Assembly: GCA_002633005.1 (NCBI GenBank)
Contig: NMRA01000039.1
Location: 972,335 to 1,036,334 of the forward strand
From: Phoronis australis
Lineage: Eukaryota > Animalia > Phoronida
DNA length: 64,000 nt
Reading direction: 5' to 3'
Shown here one piece after another: positions 10,501 to 22,680 of this stretch. The position numbers were made by a program, and so were the translations under genes. Within the stretch, counting starts at the first letter, position 1; each line of letters starts with the position of its first letter. Under the pieces are notes generated by a model, which had not been told where the DNA came from, searched no databases, and was given only the letters and a program-made list of their open reading frames with translations.

Positions 10501-13500
10501 GTACAACTTTTTGAAAAAAGGTGCACTTGTTCAAACCTGGTCAATAATATCCCTGAGTTATGAAACTGAGCTTCTCCCGACAATGAAAAGTGGAGGCAGG
10601 GGAAAACAAAAAATGTTTTACGGATGACCTGGTGTGTGTGCGTGTGTGTGTGTGTGTGTGTGTGCGTGTGCGTGTGCGCGTGCGCGTGTGCATAGATATA
10701 GATATACATGTAAAGACCAATGGTTTGTGAGTGGCAGTTCCCAGCTATAGTTATCACTGTGAAATCATTCCATGACGAATCATTACAAATGTCTCATTTA
10801 AACTTACTACAAGACTCGTTGTGTTAAAATCATGAAAAAAAAACAAATGGTGGGCATTAAACCAAATGCAACAAAGCATATCCTCTTAGAATTAAAAGTT
10901 TTTAAAATTTTGAGTTAATAGCCAAATGTTGAGATTTTGAAATAAGCAACAGCCATCAGGTTGCGTTAGATATATTTTCAGAATGTCTTATTGATTTTAA
11001 TTTATTCAAGACGTTTGCCCGATTCATTTCTGAGGATAGTGTACACAGAATTCGCTCCCTTTGCCCCTCATGTTTCTCACAAAGTTGTCAATTCAAGGTC
11101 AAAAACCACTCCATTTGGAAGTTGTTCATTTTTCGCCGTTCAATTTGGGCCAAAGTTTGGTCGCTTTTATCCAATGGCATATTTTATCCATCTGATTTTC
11201 AAAATGTCCTGATAGAGTTTGGCACTTCAGGAAAAGTGTTCAGGACCTAGAGGAAACAATAAAATCTCTCAAAAAATAGCAAAATCTCTAGAGAAAATAT
11301 CAAAACCTCTCTATGTAGATCTTAATAACTGAAACAGAGAAAAAATAATTTATTTGAACCTGTCCGAAATTTTAGAAATAGGCAATATTGGCCGTCTGAA
11401 ATTCGAAAAATATAAGAAAGACTGCAAAATCGATGGTGTCCAAAATCTTAGAATTTATGCGGTCGGCTGCTGTTTCGATTTGCGTGTTTAGACCGTTTGA
11501 ATAGCCGCGCAGATTTGTGATCGTTGTTGCGGACAAGAAATTCACACTATGCTCTCAAAAACATAAACAGTGATGTTACTGACTGTAAACACAATCGACT
11601 TACCATACCAAACTTAGTGACAGGAAATTTCCATTGGTGCATGTCTTCACATTAAACTTTTCGCAAACTAAACACAGGTGACGGAACTGCAGTATATGTA
11701 TTCGGCCATCGAGATGCATGTAAATAAGGTCCCCGCGGTCTTTAAGCTCGTTTACATATTTGGACGCATATTTGACAATTATAGAACTATCGCTTTATGC
11801 GTCAATAAAAGTTTGGAATTGTTATTCCAAAACATAGCAATAGGCCAGATCACAATTTAACCGAAGTAGAGCCTACGTAGTTCTAACAGCAAAAAAAAAC
11901 CACGCACAAGTGGCTGTTCAAGTAGCTGGCTACAAGGGCATTAGCTTTTTCGATGCTAATTATGCTTTAATATAAAAGTGGTTTGTCCCGATAATCTCAG
12001 CCCTTGCATTCCTGGTGCTGCTGTTGTAATTTTTTCTGTCCTGTGTTCACTCCGGCCCGATAGCAGTGCCGTCTGCTAATTTGTTTTTTGTGCGTTTCTG
12101 TGGATTTAGATCGATCTCTGCTACAGGCCCAGGTTTTATTTTACAAATCACACGCCATGGGTCAAACGACCCATGAAAGGGACTGGGCACGGGTTGAAGC
12201 ATGGACTTATGGAGGTGGCATGGGCTCCTTGCCAGGAATGACCTTAAAATGCTTCTTACATGCTGTTTTTAGAGGTACCATGAACAGTTAATCGTCTAAA
12301 ATTGTGGTTGGACCCCCTTCACGGCATTCTAGATATGCCAGTCTGAACACGTCTGGAAATTGCTCTTTGCCCATTACTTCAAACTTCTGCGAGTCCATGT
12401 GATTAACGTCTCCATGTCTTTCAGATACAGTACACTTTGTTCTTGAAGGAAGTCGGACTTCCAGTTCACGAAGCTATCAAGTTCTGGAGAGATGAGTACT
12501 CTCAAGAGGGTTGCCATGGAAGCACATGCACTCACGCTTGGAGTAAAGAGGAGAGGCGCTACACCTATAACATCAGACATCTGTATGGCCTGGAAGGGTC
12601 GCGGATCAACTACAGAGGTCACTCATGCTGTGCAATACAGGTCAGTGGGGGGTCATGGATTGTAGTTTCTTCTTATGTGTATGCGGAGCTGTGCCGTTTT
12701 TGAGACGTGCTTGAAATTTTGATCAGGGAGCACCGTGGTTGGTTTTGTGTGGTCTGAAGAGTGAAGTAATTTCATTCAAAAATACGCTAGTAATATATTT
12801 TTTTGTCTGCCTTGATTTTTCTCATTCCAAGGGCCTGTTTCTTGAAAAGGGACTTGAAGCTTGAGTAAACAATTTGGTCTCACGCTCCAACTATTTCTGA
12901 AAATATAGTTATATCTTACTTGAACAAAAGTGCAAAGTTTCTGAGAATTTACACTTACCCACTAGTTACTGACAATTTCTACATTCCCTAGACTGTGATG
13001 TGGTCGTGATTACGTGGGTAAAGCATGTGTGACGTGGGACTGTAAGACCAAATTTCTGTTGTAGTCTCTGTCATATAACAGACACCGTGACTTTTAGGGA
13101 GGTAGTTGTTGATAGCTTGTGTGGTATGAATGCGGATATACATATGTCACAACTTCTATGTTTTTGCTCAGTTGAGTTGAGAACCAATTCAGTTTTATCC
13201 TTATTTTATCCTTACCTTAGGAGTTCAGCTTGGGGGAGGGGTGTACCCTACATTTTAGGTACAGGCCAAAACAATACCTGGGCAAGTGAGAAAATGGGCA
13301 CCGGAGACAACAACTAAAGATGAAAAACCGCTTTCACCCCCAATCTGGTCGTCGCTTCTTTCGTTTAACCACCTGTCAGAGGCAATATCGCAAAAGGCCG
13401 CTAAAATACTGTCACCCACACTAGATTATATCTGAAAAGACAAAATACCCACCGAAATGATATCTGTGGACATAATACCGACCTTAAACAGTGCTTACGA

Positions 13501-16500
13501 GGACAGAATACCCACCGAAGTTAGTAGCACATACCTTCTAACCCTCCAATGTATGAGACCCTCCCCAGTTGGACTCTCATATGGGTCCTCACCCCTAGCT
13601 GAGTCTTTCCTCTAAAGTGGAGACCAGTCCTACTGTTTATAAGCATGTTATTCTGTTTATGATGCTTTGACTTACTTTACTGCTATCTCTGAATATCAGT
13701 ATTAATGTATATCTGTGTCTTTACGTCCTGTTTATTACTACTGTGAATTCCCACTGAGGTTATTAGTGTCACTGAATCATGCCAAGAATTGTACGATGAC
13801 ACTTGGCTTACCTCAAAATCCAACTGCTGCCTGGTGGTTTGGTAATTGGCCCAATTAACTTGCACACCCCGGCCAGCAGCATAATGAGGAACATATTACT
13901 GCTACATTCAACAAACGTTTTAGGTTGTAAAAGTCGCATTTCTTGTTTAATTTTCAAAATTCAAAAACCTGATCGCTTGTGCTTTTCGCGAACTATTCAA
14001 ATATGCTGTTTATAAACTTTCAAAATGAAATTTCCAAAACACTATTGTCGCCCCCAATGTGTTTATGATGGTCTCATTATCTAGAGAACAATAACATCAG
14101 CAGCCTGAGGTGATTTAATCAACCACAACAGTGTGGTGTCTTTCATCTAAACCGACAGATTCTGAGGTGTGTAAACTTGTCGAGTTGCCCAATCTCAACC
14201 AGTTAGAGTGTCAAAGTAGGATTCCATTCATGATGTGGTTGGGGAGTGCAAATAACTGTAATAATAAAAGACAACTAAGTCTGACACATATTCTCGTGTC
14301 TCGATAGCAGTTGCAGTAGTTGTTATTTTCTTATTTAATAATGCATAAACATAAACAGTACTTTTAACAATACTAATAATGTGGTAAAAAAATTCAGTTT
14401 GGGAAAGTAGTTTGCTCAAGGCTGGAGCTTGTACCAAATTTTAGAGATAAGCTATTTGACCATCCCAAATTCAAGAATCCAGATCAACAACATACAATCA
14501 TTCACCTTGATGTTACACCTTATCTGGACACTTGAAAATGTTGCATCGGCGATTGTTCGACGATTTGAAGAACTGAAAAGTATGCTATTTGACTTTGGTT
14601 AACACAAAACACAGTGTGCGATGTTTGAGAAATATGATGAGCGACAAAACTGCTTATGTCCCAATCTCCAGAATCAAGAACATTCAATTTCCCTTTGAAT
14701 TTTGGTGTCCCAAAATTTAGAGACTGCTCCCCAAACTGGAGAATTTTTATTGTAGTTAGCAGTCATAGTTCACAGTTGAGTTAGTAATTCTACATTCAGG
14801 TCCCTTCTATTTGTTTATTTTTGTGGTGTTTGTAAGTATCAAGCTGTCACATTACTCTCAAGTCTCAACAGGAGAAGTTTTGTTTAAATAGGAGAATGTT
14901 TTGTTTACACTGCTTAATTTCCTCATGGACTAACATAACTTAACATTACAAATGTACACGGCTCATTGTCAAGCAGTTCCCTGTATTTGTCTAGTTACCT
15001 CCCCTGTCCCGCATCGCTGTAGTTACCTCCCTTGTTATTGTTTAAATAAGTCAAGTCTGATTTGTCTCCCATGTCAGTTGTAAATTTGACCTAGTTTTAA
15101 CAAAGATTTGTTGTGATTAAAATAACAAAAAATTTCCCATATAAATTGTGTTTTTATGCTGTTTTTATTTCTACCTGATATTGTTTTACCCAACGCATGC
15201 CAATTTTGAAACATTTGATGTTTTAATAGCGTTCTGAAGTTATGTGTTATTCATCTGTGTAACACCAGTTCAGTTTAATGTTTTGGGTCACTCATATAGT
15301 GAGATTGCCACGTAGTCGTTACTCTGGTTTCTCTTCAATCCACGCATAAATCTTTCGCCTTTTACTAAAGATTTCCGTGGAGAGGAACATTATAATGAGT
15401 CTATAGACTATTTTTCGAGCCCTCGCAAGAGGGCAATAACGACAAAGTGCAATGATAAGCTAAACAAAATAGGCCAGCTTTGAACGGAGTACTCCCGGTA
15501 CACACATTCTTGTAGGAACTGGCGTAACAGCTAAGAGGAGGTTTTGTTTTACAAAATAGACAGCACATGTGAGAACATTTTGATGATTGTAACTTACCTT
15601 CTATCATCTTGCTGAGATAAAGTGTCGATATAGCCCCATCTTCATTGTTGTAACACACAGTTGTGTATATGTTCTCCAGTGGCAACTATGGAAGGTAAGT
15701 AAATGCTTAACACCAATTCCTGGTTACACACAAGTGGGTAACTGGGTATTGCACTTGTCTTCCATTTGTGTCCTAAATTGGTGAGATATATATTACTGCA
15801 CAGTTGATCATTGTTGAAAGCATTGATTGAAAAGGTCTGGCCCCAAGTTGCCCGAACACTCATTTTGTCAACATTGTCTTTAGCTGCAGTTTTTTACTGC
15901 TAACATTGTGGTTAAAGTACATGAATATAGGATGGGTGGAATCACACTTTGCTATTTCAAGTTCACTTCAAGGACTATTCCTCACTGGATGAAAATGTTT
16001 TTTGCAGTCAGCGTTTCGTGAGCTTTCTCTCAAAATTTTTTATAAGGTAAACAAACAACAGCCTTACACAGTGTGTGTACCCTTCAAATGAACTCAATAA
16101 TACCACAAAGATATGGTTTAATTAAAAGAAATGAACTTAAACTTAACAATATTTAGTAATATTTTCTTAAATGAGAAATTTGATATCAATTTTTTTTTTC
16201 ATCTTTTCTTGATTTTTTCTCCTCATTGTTCAGCGTGTCAGAGTTGGCAGTTCCAAGTTCGTTGTTAAGTCAGGATTTGAAATTGTTAATTGAATTAGTT
16301 CTTTACAATTCTCAGTGACGCCATTATGTTTGGTTGTTTGCTTTCTGCAGCAAGAATTAGTCTGTCTAGCCATGCAATTAGACTATGGAAATTTTCCATA
16401 GAAAATTAAGAGACAAGGCACATTACATGTTTATCCATAATTGCTCATAAATGTCACGACAGACAGTCAGTCTAAGTTGAGTGTATGGTGATGCAACATC

Positions 16501-18907
16501 CACTCATTATCCAAGTTTGATACAGATTTTGTTGGAGGTGCTCTGTTTGTTCTCGCTCACATAACCATAACACAGCTACCTAAAGTTCTCCAATTTGAGA
16601 CAGTCTCTAAAATTTGGAACTCCAAAATTCAAGTGAATTTTATTGATACTGTAGATAGGGACATGAGGGATTTTGGCATTTATCGTATTTTGCAAATATC
16701 AGGCTCTGCATTTTTACAACAGAATCTGAAAATGAGCTTGGCCGTTTATAAAATCGTTGGAAATAGCCGCCCCCATCAAGTGTGTAACGCCGAGGTGAGC
16801 GATGATTTGACGTTAATTGTAATTTTTGAATTTGAGACAGACAGTATTGCCTATTTCTAAAATTTGGCACAATCTTCTCTATTCCCAAACTGGAGAATGT
16901 TTTGGGGCAAAGATGTTCCAGTGCCCAAGACCTCTTGGAATCACTAATATAGGGTGCTGACTCTTAAATTATAGATTTTTGAGACAGAATAGCAAAAATT
17001 CTTGTCAGACAAATCATTTGAACATTGTCCGTTCACCTCTTAACACATCCATTGGAATATTTCATGTTGCTGTAAACATGAGGTGAAAGGATGACCTTGT
17101 CATGTTTGCAAAATAGTGTTTCACATAGGATAGGGTAAAGTATCGTACTCTTTAAGTCCCGTCCACACAAAGCCTATCCTAGAACAAATTACACTAGTGC
17201 TACTTGCCCCAGTTTTAAGTGGAGCCTCTACTCACACATACCAGATAACTAGGGTTATGCGGAAGTTGTCACTCTGTGTATGACAGTGAATACTGCCTTG
17301 CCCCAGGTTTGCAGCCACATGGAGATTTGAAGTGGCACAAGTTACCCTACCTTGATAAGGTGGAGTAAGTTGTCACAAGTGGGGCAGCTAATTTAAATAG
17401 CGCCCACACAGCAGTCAAACCTAGTGACAACTCGTTCCAGGAATAACTTGTTCTAGGGTAAGTCTGTGTGTGGACGACACTTTATATTGGGTAAAGTAAC
17501 TTAAGTAGTGTTAATTGGATCACATTTGCAGGACACATTTCATTAAACTCACACCGGGGGACGAGGAGAATGCCTGGTTTCTTACTTTGTTTCACATACA
17601 ATTCAACTACAAAGTGTGTATACAGTATATGCGCACACCCAGGAGGGCTTGGGGAGCTCCATATGGCGAAGTGGGCAAAAAGGTGGTTTGCCTCAGAGAA
17701 ACAAAAACTCCAAAAAGTAGAAAATGAGACATAAATGCATGAAAAAGGCAGGAACTACAAAAATTCGGCGAATGCACAATTGATAGCTCTGAGCGTACCC
17801 CATGAATCTTAGTAAAAAGTCCACGTTCTCAAAAACTCTAACCCCCATTTTTAGGCTGGGTGCACGCATGCGGTACTGTGTTTATTTGCCACAACCTATC
17901 TGGAAAATATATAACGTAATTCATTTACTTTTTTGTGAAATAAATAGAGAATTACTCTATTTTTGTTCCAGGTGAGTCAGTTGAGCTATAGGGGAGAAGG
18001 TGGGTGTCCCTATGTTCATTATGACGCTGTGCATTTGACTAGGGCTCTAGAGGAGGCTGGCATTGAGGCATCGGCGATTCAACACATTGTGAAACTGCAG
18101 ATTGCTAACAACATTCATGAGGCATGCTCGAGTCATTTTGATTTCATCAAGCGCAGAATGCAGAAGAACGATGGTTTATCCGAAACTCTTGGTGTGAAAC
18201 CGGAATTAAATAAAAATGAGGGGATAAATGAGTTGAAAGTGCAGCCCGTTTCAACGGGTTGGAGTGGAGCAGTTAAAAGGAAATGTGATGTTTTGGAGAG
18301 TAGTCCAGAGGAGTCAACAACTGCACTGAACCAGGTCTCTGAAGAACAGTCAGTGCAAGAACACGTGAAGTTTACCTCTCAGGAATCATCGTTCATGGAT
18401 ACTTTGACTTTGAGACTAGATCTCGGTATTCCACCACTCACGGTTCTCTCGGAGGAATCGATCAGTGGACTTGTTGAGGAGCAAAATGTGGACTTGAAAC
18501 AAACTGATGGTGAGGTTAGTGCTGTTCATCTGAATGAATATTGCTGTAGCTCTGACGACATTCACAACAGTGTAGACAGTGGATTCTGTACCCAGAGTAT
18601 TTGCTCTCTTCCAGAGAATAACTCTACAGAGAACTCGAGTTCACAGCTATGTCCCACCACTGGCGACATCCATGAACATATTTTGGAGACCTCTATTGGG
18701 GACATAGAGAAATCATTTCCCTCTTTTACTGAGGAAAATTGTTCAAAGAATGATGCGCCAATTAAAAAGGCTATGTGTTTGGTAGATTGTACTGATGGTG
18801 GAGTTAAGACAGAAAAAATGTTGCCTAGTTTTGAAATTGTGAAGCCTATAGACTTTTTCATTCATTTGCGTGAAATCTATGGTGATAAAATATCACCTGT
18901 CACTTAG
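7327..18907 (+). CDS. PRIM2: DNA primase large subunit (PRIM2/p58)-like protein, divergent, 671 aa
   Basis: Six GT-AG exons (7327-7541, 8493-8821, 9383-9537, 9777-9941, 12425-12640, 17972-18907; 2016 nt, phases consistent). Motifs LYLNPPNGNISL, DAISHFTIRMALC, ESLLFSFRF, VPYEYALDLV, FPLCMTTLHRAL, HHARIQYTLFLK, YTYNIRHLYGLEG, HSC, GCPY and ACSSHF correspond to p58 motifs, including the four 4Fe-4S cysteines. Confidence 0.9.
8493..8821 (+). CDS. PRIM2: PRIM2-like coding exon 2
   Basis: ttttgtag|A ATG GCC...LVK G|gtaggg. Confidence 0.87.
9383..9537 (+). CDS. PRIM2: PRIM2-like coding exon 3
   Basis: gttctag|GT CTT (GLASVSCSHL...DTRIQRLFRRLQ)|gtaagt. Confidence 0.83.
9777..9941 (+). CDS. PRIM2: PRIM2-like coding exon 4
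   Basis: tttcag|TAT...FPLCMTTLHRALRSSHRLTHHAR|gtaaga. Confidence 0.88.
10632..10694. repeat. (GT)n/(GC)n alternating purine-pyrimidine microsatellite
   Basis: gtgtgtgtgcgtgtgt...gcgcgtgcgcgtgtgcata, read directly. Confidence 0.95.
12425..12640 (+). CDS. PRIM2: PRIM2-like coding exon 5
   Basis: tctttcag|IQYTLFLKEVG...YTYNIRHLYGLEGSRINYRGHSCCAIQ|gtcagt. Confidence 0.9.
17155..17481. mobile_element. PIF/Harbinger-type MITE
   Basis: TIR AGTCCCGTCCACAC / GTGTGGACGACACT with extended subterminal complementarity; TTA on both sides. Confidence 0.65.
17972..18907 (+). CDS. PRIM2: PRIM2-like terminal coding exon (Fe-S Cys 3 and 4 plus long acidic insertion)
   Basis: ttttgttccag|GTG..., GEGGCPYVHYD, EACSSHFD, open to TAG at 18907. 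Confidence 0.88.
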   Translation: MSQLSYRGEGGCPYVHYDAVHLTRALEEAGIEASAIQHIVKLQIANNIHEACSSHFDFIKRRMQKNDGLSETLGVKPELNKNEGINELKVQPVSTGWSGAVKRKCDVLESSPEESTTALNQVSEEQSVQEHVKFTSQESSFMDTLTLRLDLGIPPLTVLSEESISGLVEEQNVDLKQTDGEVSAVHLNEYCCSSDDIHNSVDSGFCTQSICSLPENNSTENSSSQLCPTTGDIHEHILETSIGDIEKSFPSFTEENCSKNDAPIKKAMCLVDCTDGGVKTEKMLPSFEIVKPIDFFIHLREIYGDKISPVT

Positions 18908-19753
18908 TGGTGGTTTGAGGATTGTGCGCAAACTTTACTGCTGGCTGTGATATATTCTGAATTTTACACTGTAATCACAAAAGCTAATGAATTTTGATCT
19001 CAATTTAACCACTGTGGGAATAGGAAATTGTGCACCTGATAGAAGAAACGAAATGAAGGTATGGGGAATGTATTTTTCAGTATTCTCAGAAACTTTTTTT
19101 TCTTGTGATGTATTTTAATTATTGGCAATATAGCATTTGAACCAATAATGGTCAATTTTAGTGTTGTTAGATTTTTTTAAATGTTCGTAAAATGACGATA
19201 TCGAGTAATGAAGAATGGTTTAAAGAAAGATTGAATTATACAAGTTTTAGTTCTGTGATGTTTTTATCATTATGCAGAATTTTCTGCACACAACTTTTAT
19301 TTCATGGTTTTGCAATTTTGATACAACTTTGAGGACATGACTTGTATTTGTGCTTTAACTGAAGGATGAAAGATGTAATCTGAATATAATCAACCCCGGT
19401 TATATCTGGAATATTTATGCCCTGTTCTTTATCTGAAACCAGGAACTTAAAAAATGGGTGTGGTTTTGAGAAACTCATGTCAATGCTGGAACATAGTTTT
19501 ATGTACAGTACAAGCCAAAAGTATTCAAAATGACCAACAATTCTTTATCATGACGGCTCCATGGAAGCCGAGTTCATCGCCAGAATTATCTTCTCTCGTA
19601 ACTGAGAATGAAAAGGAATTGACAGAATAAGATGCCTAAATCATTCTTTAATTAGAATTTTGCTACCATAATTAGTAATTACCAAAAATTTTTGCTGTTA
19701 ACAGAATTAGCTGTCATGACAGGGAAGCTGTATTTATTATGAATACTTTTGTT

Positions 19754-19873
19754 TTGCACCGTATCTGTGGTGTCTTGCACCGTATCTGTGGTGTCTTGCA
19801 CTGTATCTGTGGTGTCTTGCACCGTATCATGGTGTCTTGCACTGTATCTGTGGTGTCTTGTACTGTATCGTGG
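19754..19873 (+). repeat. 21-bp minisatellite, ~5.7 copies, in the probable PRIM2-like 3' UTR
   Basis: Unit ttgcac(c/t)gtatctgtggtgtc repeated in tandem. Confidence 0.92.
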
Positions 19874-20010
19874 ATCACAATTGTTGGAATCATTGAAGTG
19901 TATTGGTTGACAGATATACTAAAGCATACAAAACTGAATGCTATGTTCATTCACTGATATAATATGTACCACACTTTCCTCTTGCAACATCTTTTGAAAA
20001 TTTTATTCAC

Positions 20011-20016
20011 AATAAA
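20011..20016 (+). promoter_or_regulatory. Candidate polyadenylation signal of the PRIM2-like gene
   Basis: AATAAA followed by a T/GT-rich tract, ~1.1 kb after the stop codon. Confidence 0.35.
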
Positions 20017-22680
20017 ACATTCTTTTTGGATCTTTTTCACAAGTGCCTGTAGGTGTTTTAGTCAGGTAGGTACAGAAAATGTATGAGAAACTTCTGCCTT
20101 TGCCAGGAGAATACAAAAGTTATATTTCGGTAATTTTGAACAAAAATAAATGCCAAACTCGGTATTCCTTCATTTAGAAACACTTTCAAAATTGTTAATG
20201 CCTACAATTTCTCAAGTCGTTGTCTAAAGGTAGTTATAGTACAGCTCTTAATAAAGTATAAAACATTTATTTGGTGCTACTAATCTTTCAAGAAAAATGA
20301 AATTTCATTTATTCACCATATTGTATTTTAAATTGTTCCGTATACATTCAATTTGCACAAAGTAGAATCGACACTGGTAGCTACCTCCCGAAATACCACA
20401 CTGCCACTCTGCTTCACATGCATTTTCCCACAATGCTGTGCTCTGCTGCCATGATCATCACTAGTTTACATTGAAATTATTTCATTATTCTGATACCAGT
20501 AAAGTTTGATTATTGCTCCCCTTCCGAGTGCATCGAAATGCCGACACTAAAAAATTTAACAGGCTGGGTGAGGCGTGATGTTTCGCTCTTGGTTCAGAAG
20601 TATGTTTTCGAAAACGGGGTAAATCACTCTCTGTGAAAGAGCTGAATTCAGAACGTGACTATTGAACAGTGCCTTCATTATTACTGTTTGTACTAAGTCA
20701 GTCTGTTTATGTATGAACAATTTATTAGTAAAATATAGTGCATGCAAGTCACATATTAACAAATTTTGTCCTGGTTAGTATTATAGTAAATAAATCAATC
20801 TGTCATAATAATAATAGTAACAACAACAAGTTCTATAATTTCAATATTATGCACATGTGTTATTAGAAACATCACAAAATCATACCACTTTCCAATCCTG
20901 CAAGAAACAAGATTAGAATTGTAATTTCATTGCACAGTTTGATGGCAAAATAAATATACAACCTCGTGATCTATTGCAATGCAGAAAACTGCACATCCCT
21001 TGAGAATTTAGCAACCAAATAATCATTTAAAGGTGCAATTTAAGAACAAGCAATACAGTAATTTTATTAGTGAACATTTTTCATTTTGGGACTGATTTTA
21101 GAGATAGGCAATAATGGCCTACCAAGTTCCGAAAATCGACAAACAACAGTTCACCTCAATGTTGCAAATGGACAAGTTGCATCGTTGACCGCTTTTCAAC
21201 AATTTTATGGGCTGTCCAGTTTCATTTTCAGATTCAATACATAAAACACAATGTGCGATATTTAAGAAATATGGCGAATGGCAAAATGATAAATCGCTGA
21301 TCATGAAAATTCCAATTTTGGTTTGAATTTCAGCGTCCCAAATTTTATAAACTATCCGGAACAATTACTGTAGACTCTCAACTGCAACTGTAGACTCTTG
21401 CATACGAACTTGCACTAGAAATTGTTTTTTGTAGATACGCTCTGTGAATTTTACAACAGTTTTTATGACTTAATGCTCATGAAATAAATATTGTTGCGAC
21501 AGATGTCTGCGCAAACTTATAGGTATTCACACAATGTCAAGGGAATATACGAATAATTAGCTTACAAATTAACAGAAGATGTATGGCACCTACAATAAGC
21601 TTGTCTGGACTATTTCGACGGGTATTGTCGTAAAACAAATCATTTGCAAATTCATCAAATAGTAAACTGAATACCCGATATAACATTTTTATAATGACAA
21701 AGTTACTATGAAGTGCCATATGCTGGTAGTTATACGCCATGAAAAATCAACCATTTTGAGTAAACAGAAGCATAATGCAAGAAAAACACCCAGTCAATGC
21801 TCTAACAATCTATTTCATTTAAGGTACCGTTAGATTTTCAACATTCGAACAAAATAATTGCCAGTTCATTTTAATATTTAGTTCTTTTTCGAAGGCTTAT
21901 TTCCTTATTTGCCAATGATTCAAATTTGAGTTCCCAGAGACAGTCACTCAAGCAAACCACCTTTCTTCAGTTCATCTCAAAATACAAAAAGTAACATTTG
22001 GCAGTAACTCCACCTGGTGTTCAAGATGGCAAGCTAATGAACTGTGGCATTTTGGTGGGTAAACGCCCTATACAACGGTACACTCAATGCATCCAGGTGT
22101 ACAGAAAAAATTCTTTAGTTAGGGACAAAAAATAGTGGTTCACATCACTATGGCTTTTTAAACGTTGAAAAGTTCTCGTGTCAACAGTAAAGTACAAACT
22201 TTTTGGGGAGTTTATAGACCCGCGTTCCGTCCAAGGAGCGAACTTACGATTTTGGCCACTTGCCACTATCAAATTGGTCTCAAGTAGTTCCTTACTAATA
22301 GAAGATATTAATTAATTTATTGGTCTTAAAAGAACTAACAGTTCGTTATTCCTTAAGACCATTCAAGGCATATAAAATAACATGCCTTGACAAGCCAACT
22401 CAGTATTGCTTAGTGGTCTGCTCTTTTGAAGTCCTGACATCACCTCCATTTTGATTAAGGAACAATTCGCGGAGACTAATTATAAAACGATAAGTGGTCT
22501 AAATCATGAAGTTGTTGGAAGGTGGGTTAACAGCAGCTTTAAATGTTGATGACTCAGAAATTTTAACAAATAAAATTTCAAATATTCACCTTATAGAATC
22601 TTAAATCGAAGACTTTTTACAATAATTCGAGAAGATTTTGTAAATAATACTTAGTAATATCCCATTATAAAAAGCTTAAG

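Noticed and set aside
10434-10757. His/Thr-repeat ORF
   Set aside because: Translation of the (CA)n microsatellite.
18562-18861. Antisense ORF overlapping the PRIM2-like last exon (likewise 8548-8730, 12374-12622 and 24514-24708)
   Set aside because: Shadow ORFs of real coding exons.
19714-19957. ORFs with repeated CKTPQIR / HRICGVL peptides, or a CRISPR-like array
   Set aside because: These are translations of a 21-bp minisatellite; there are no unique spacers and the context is eukaryotic.
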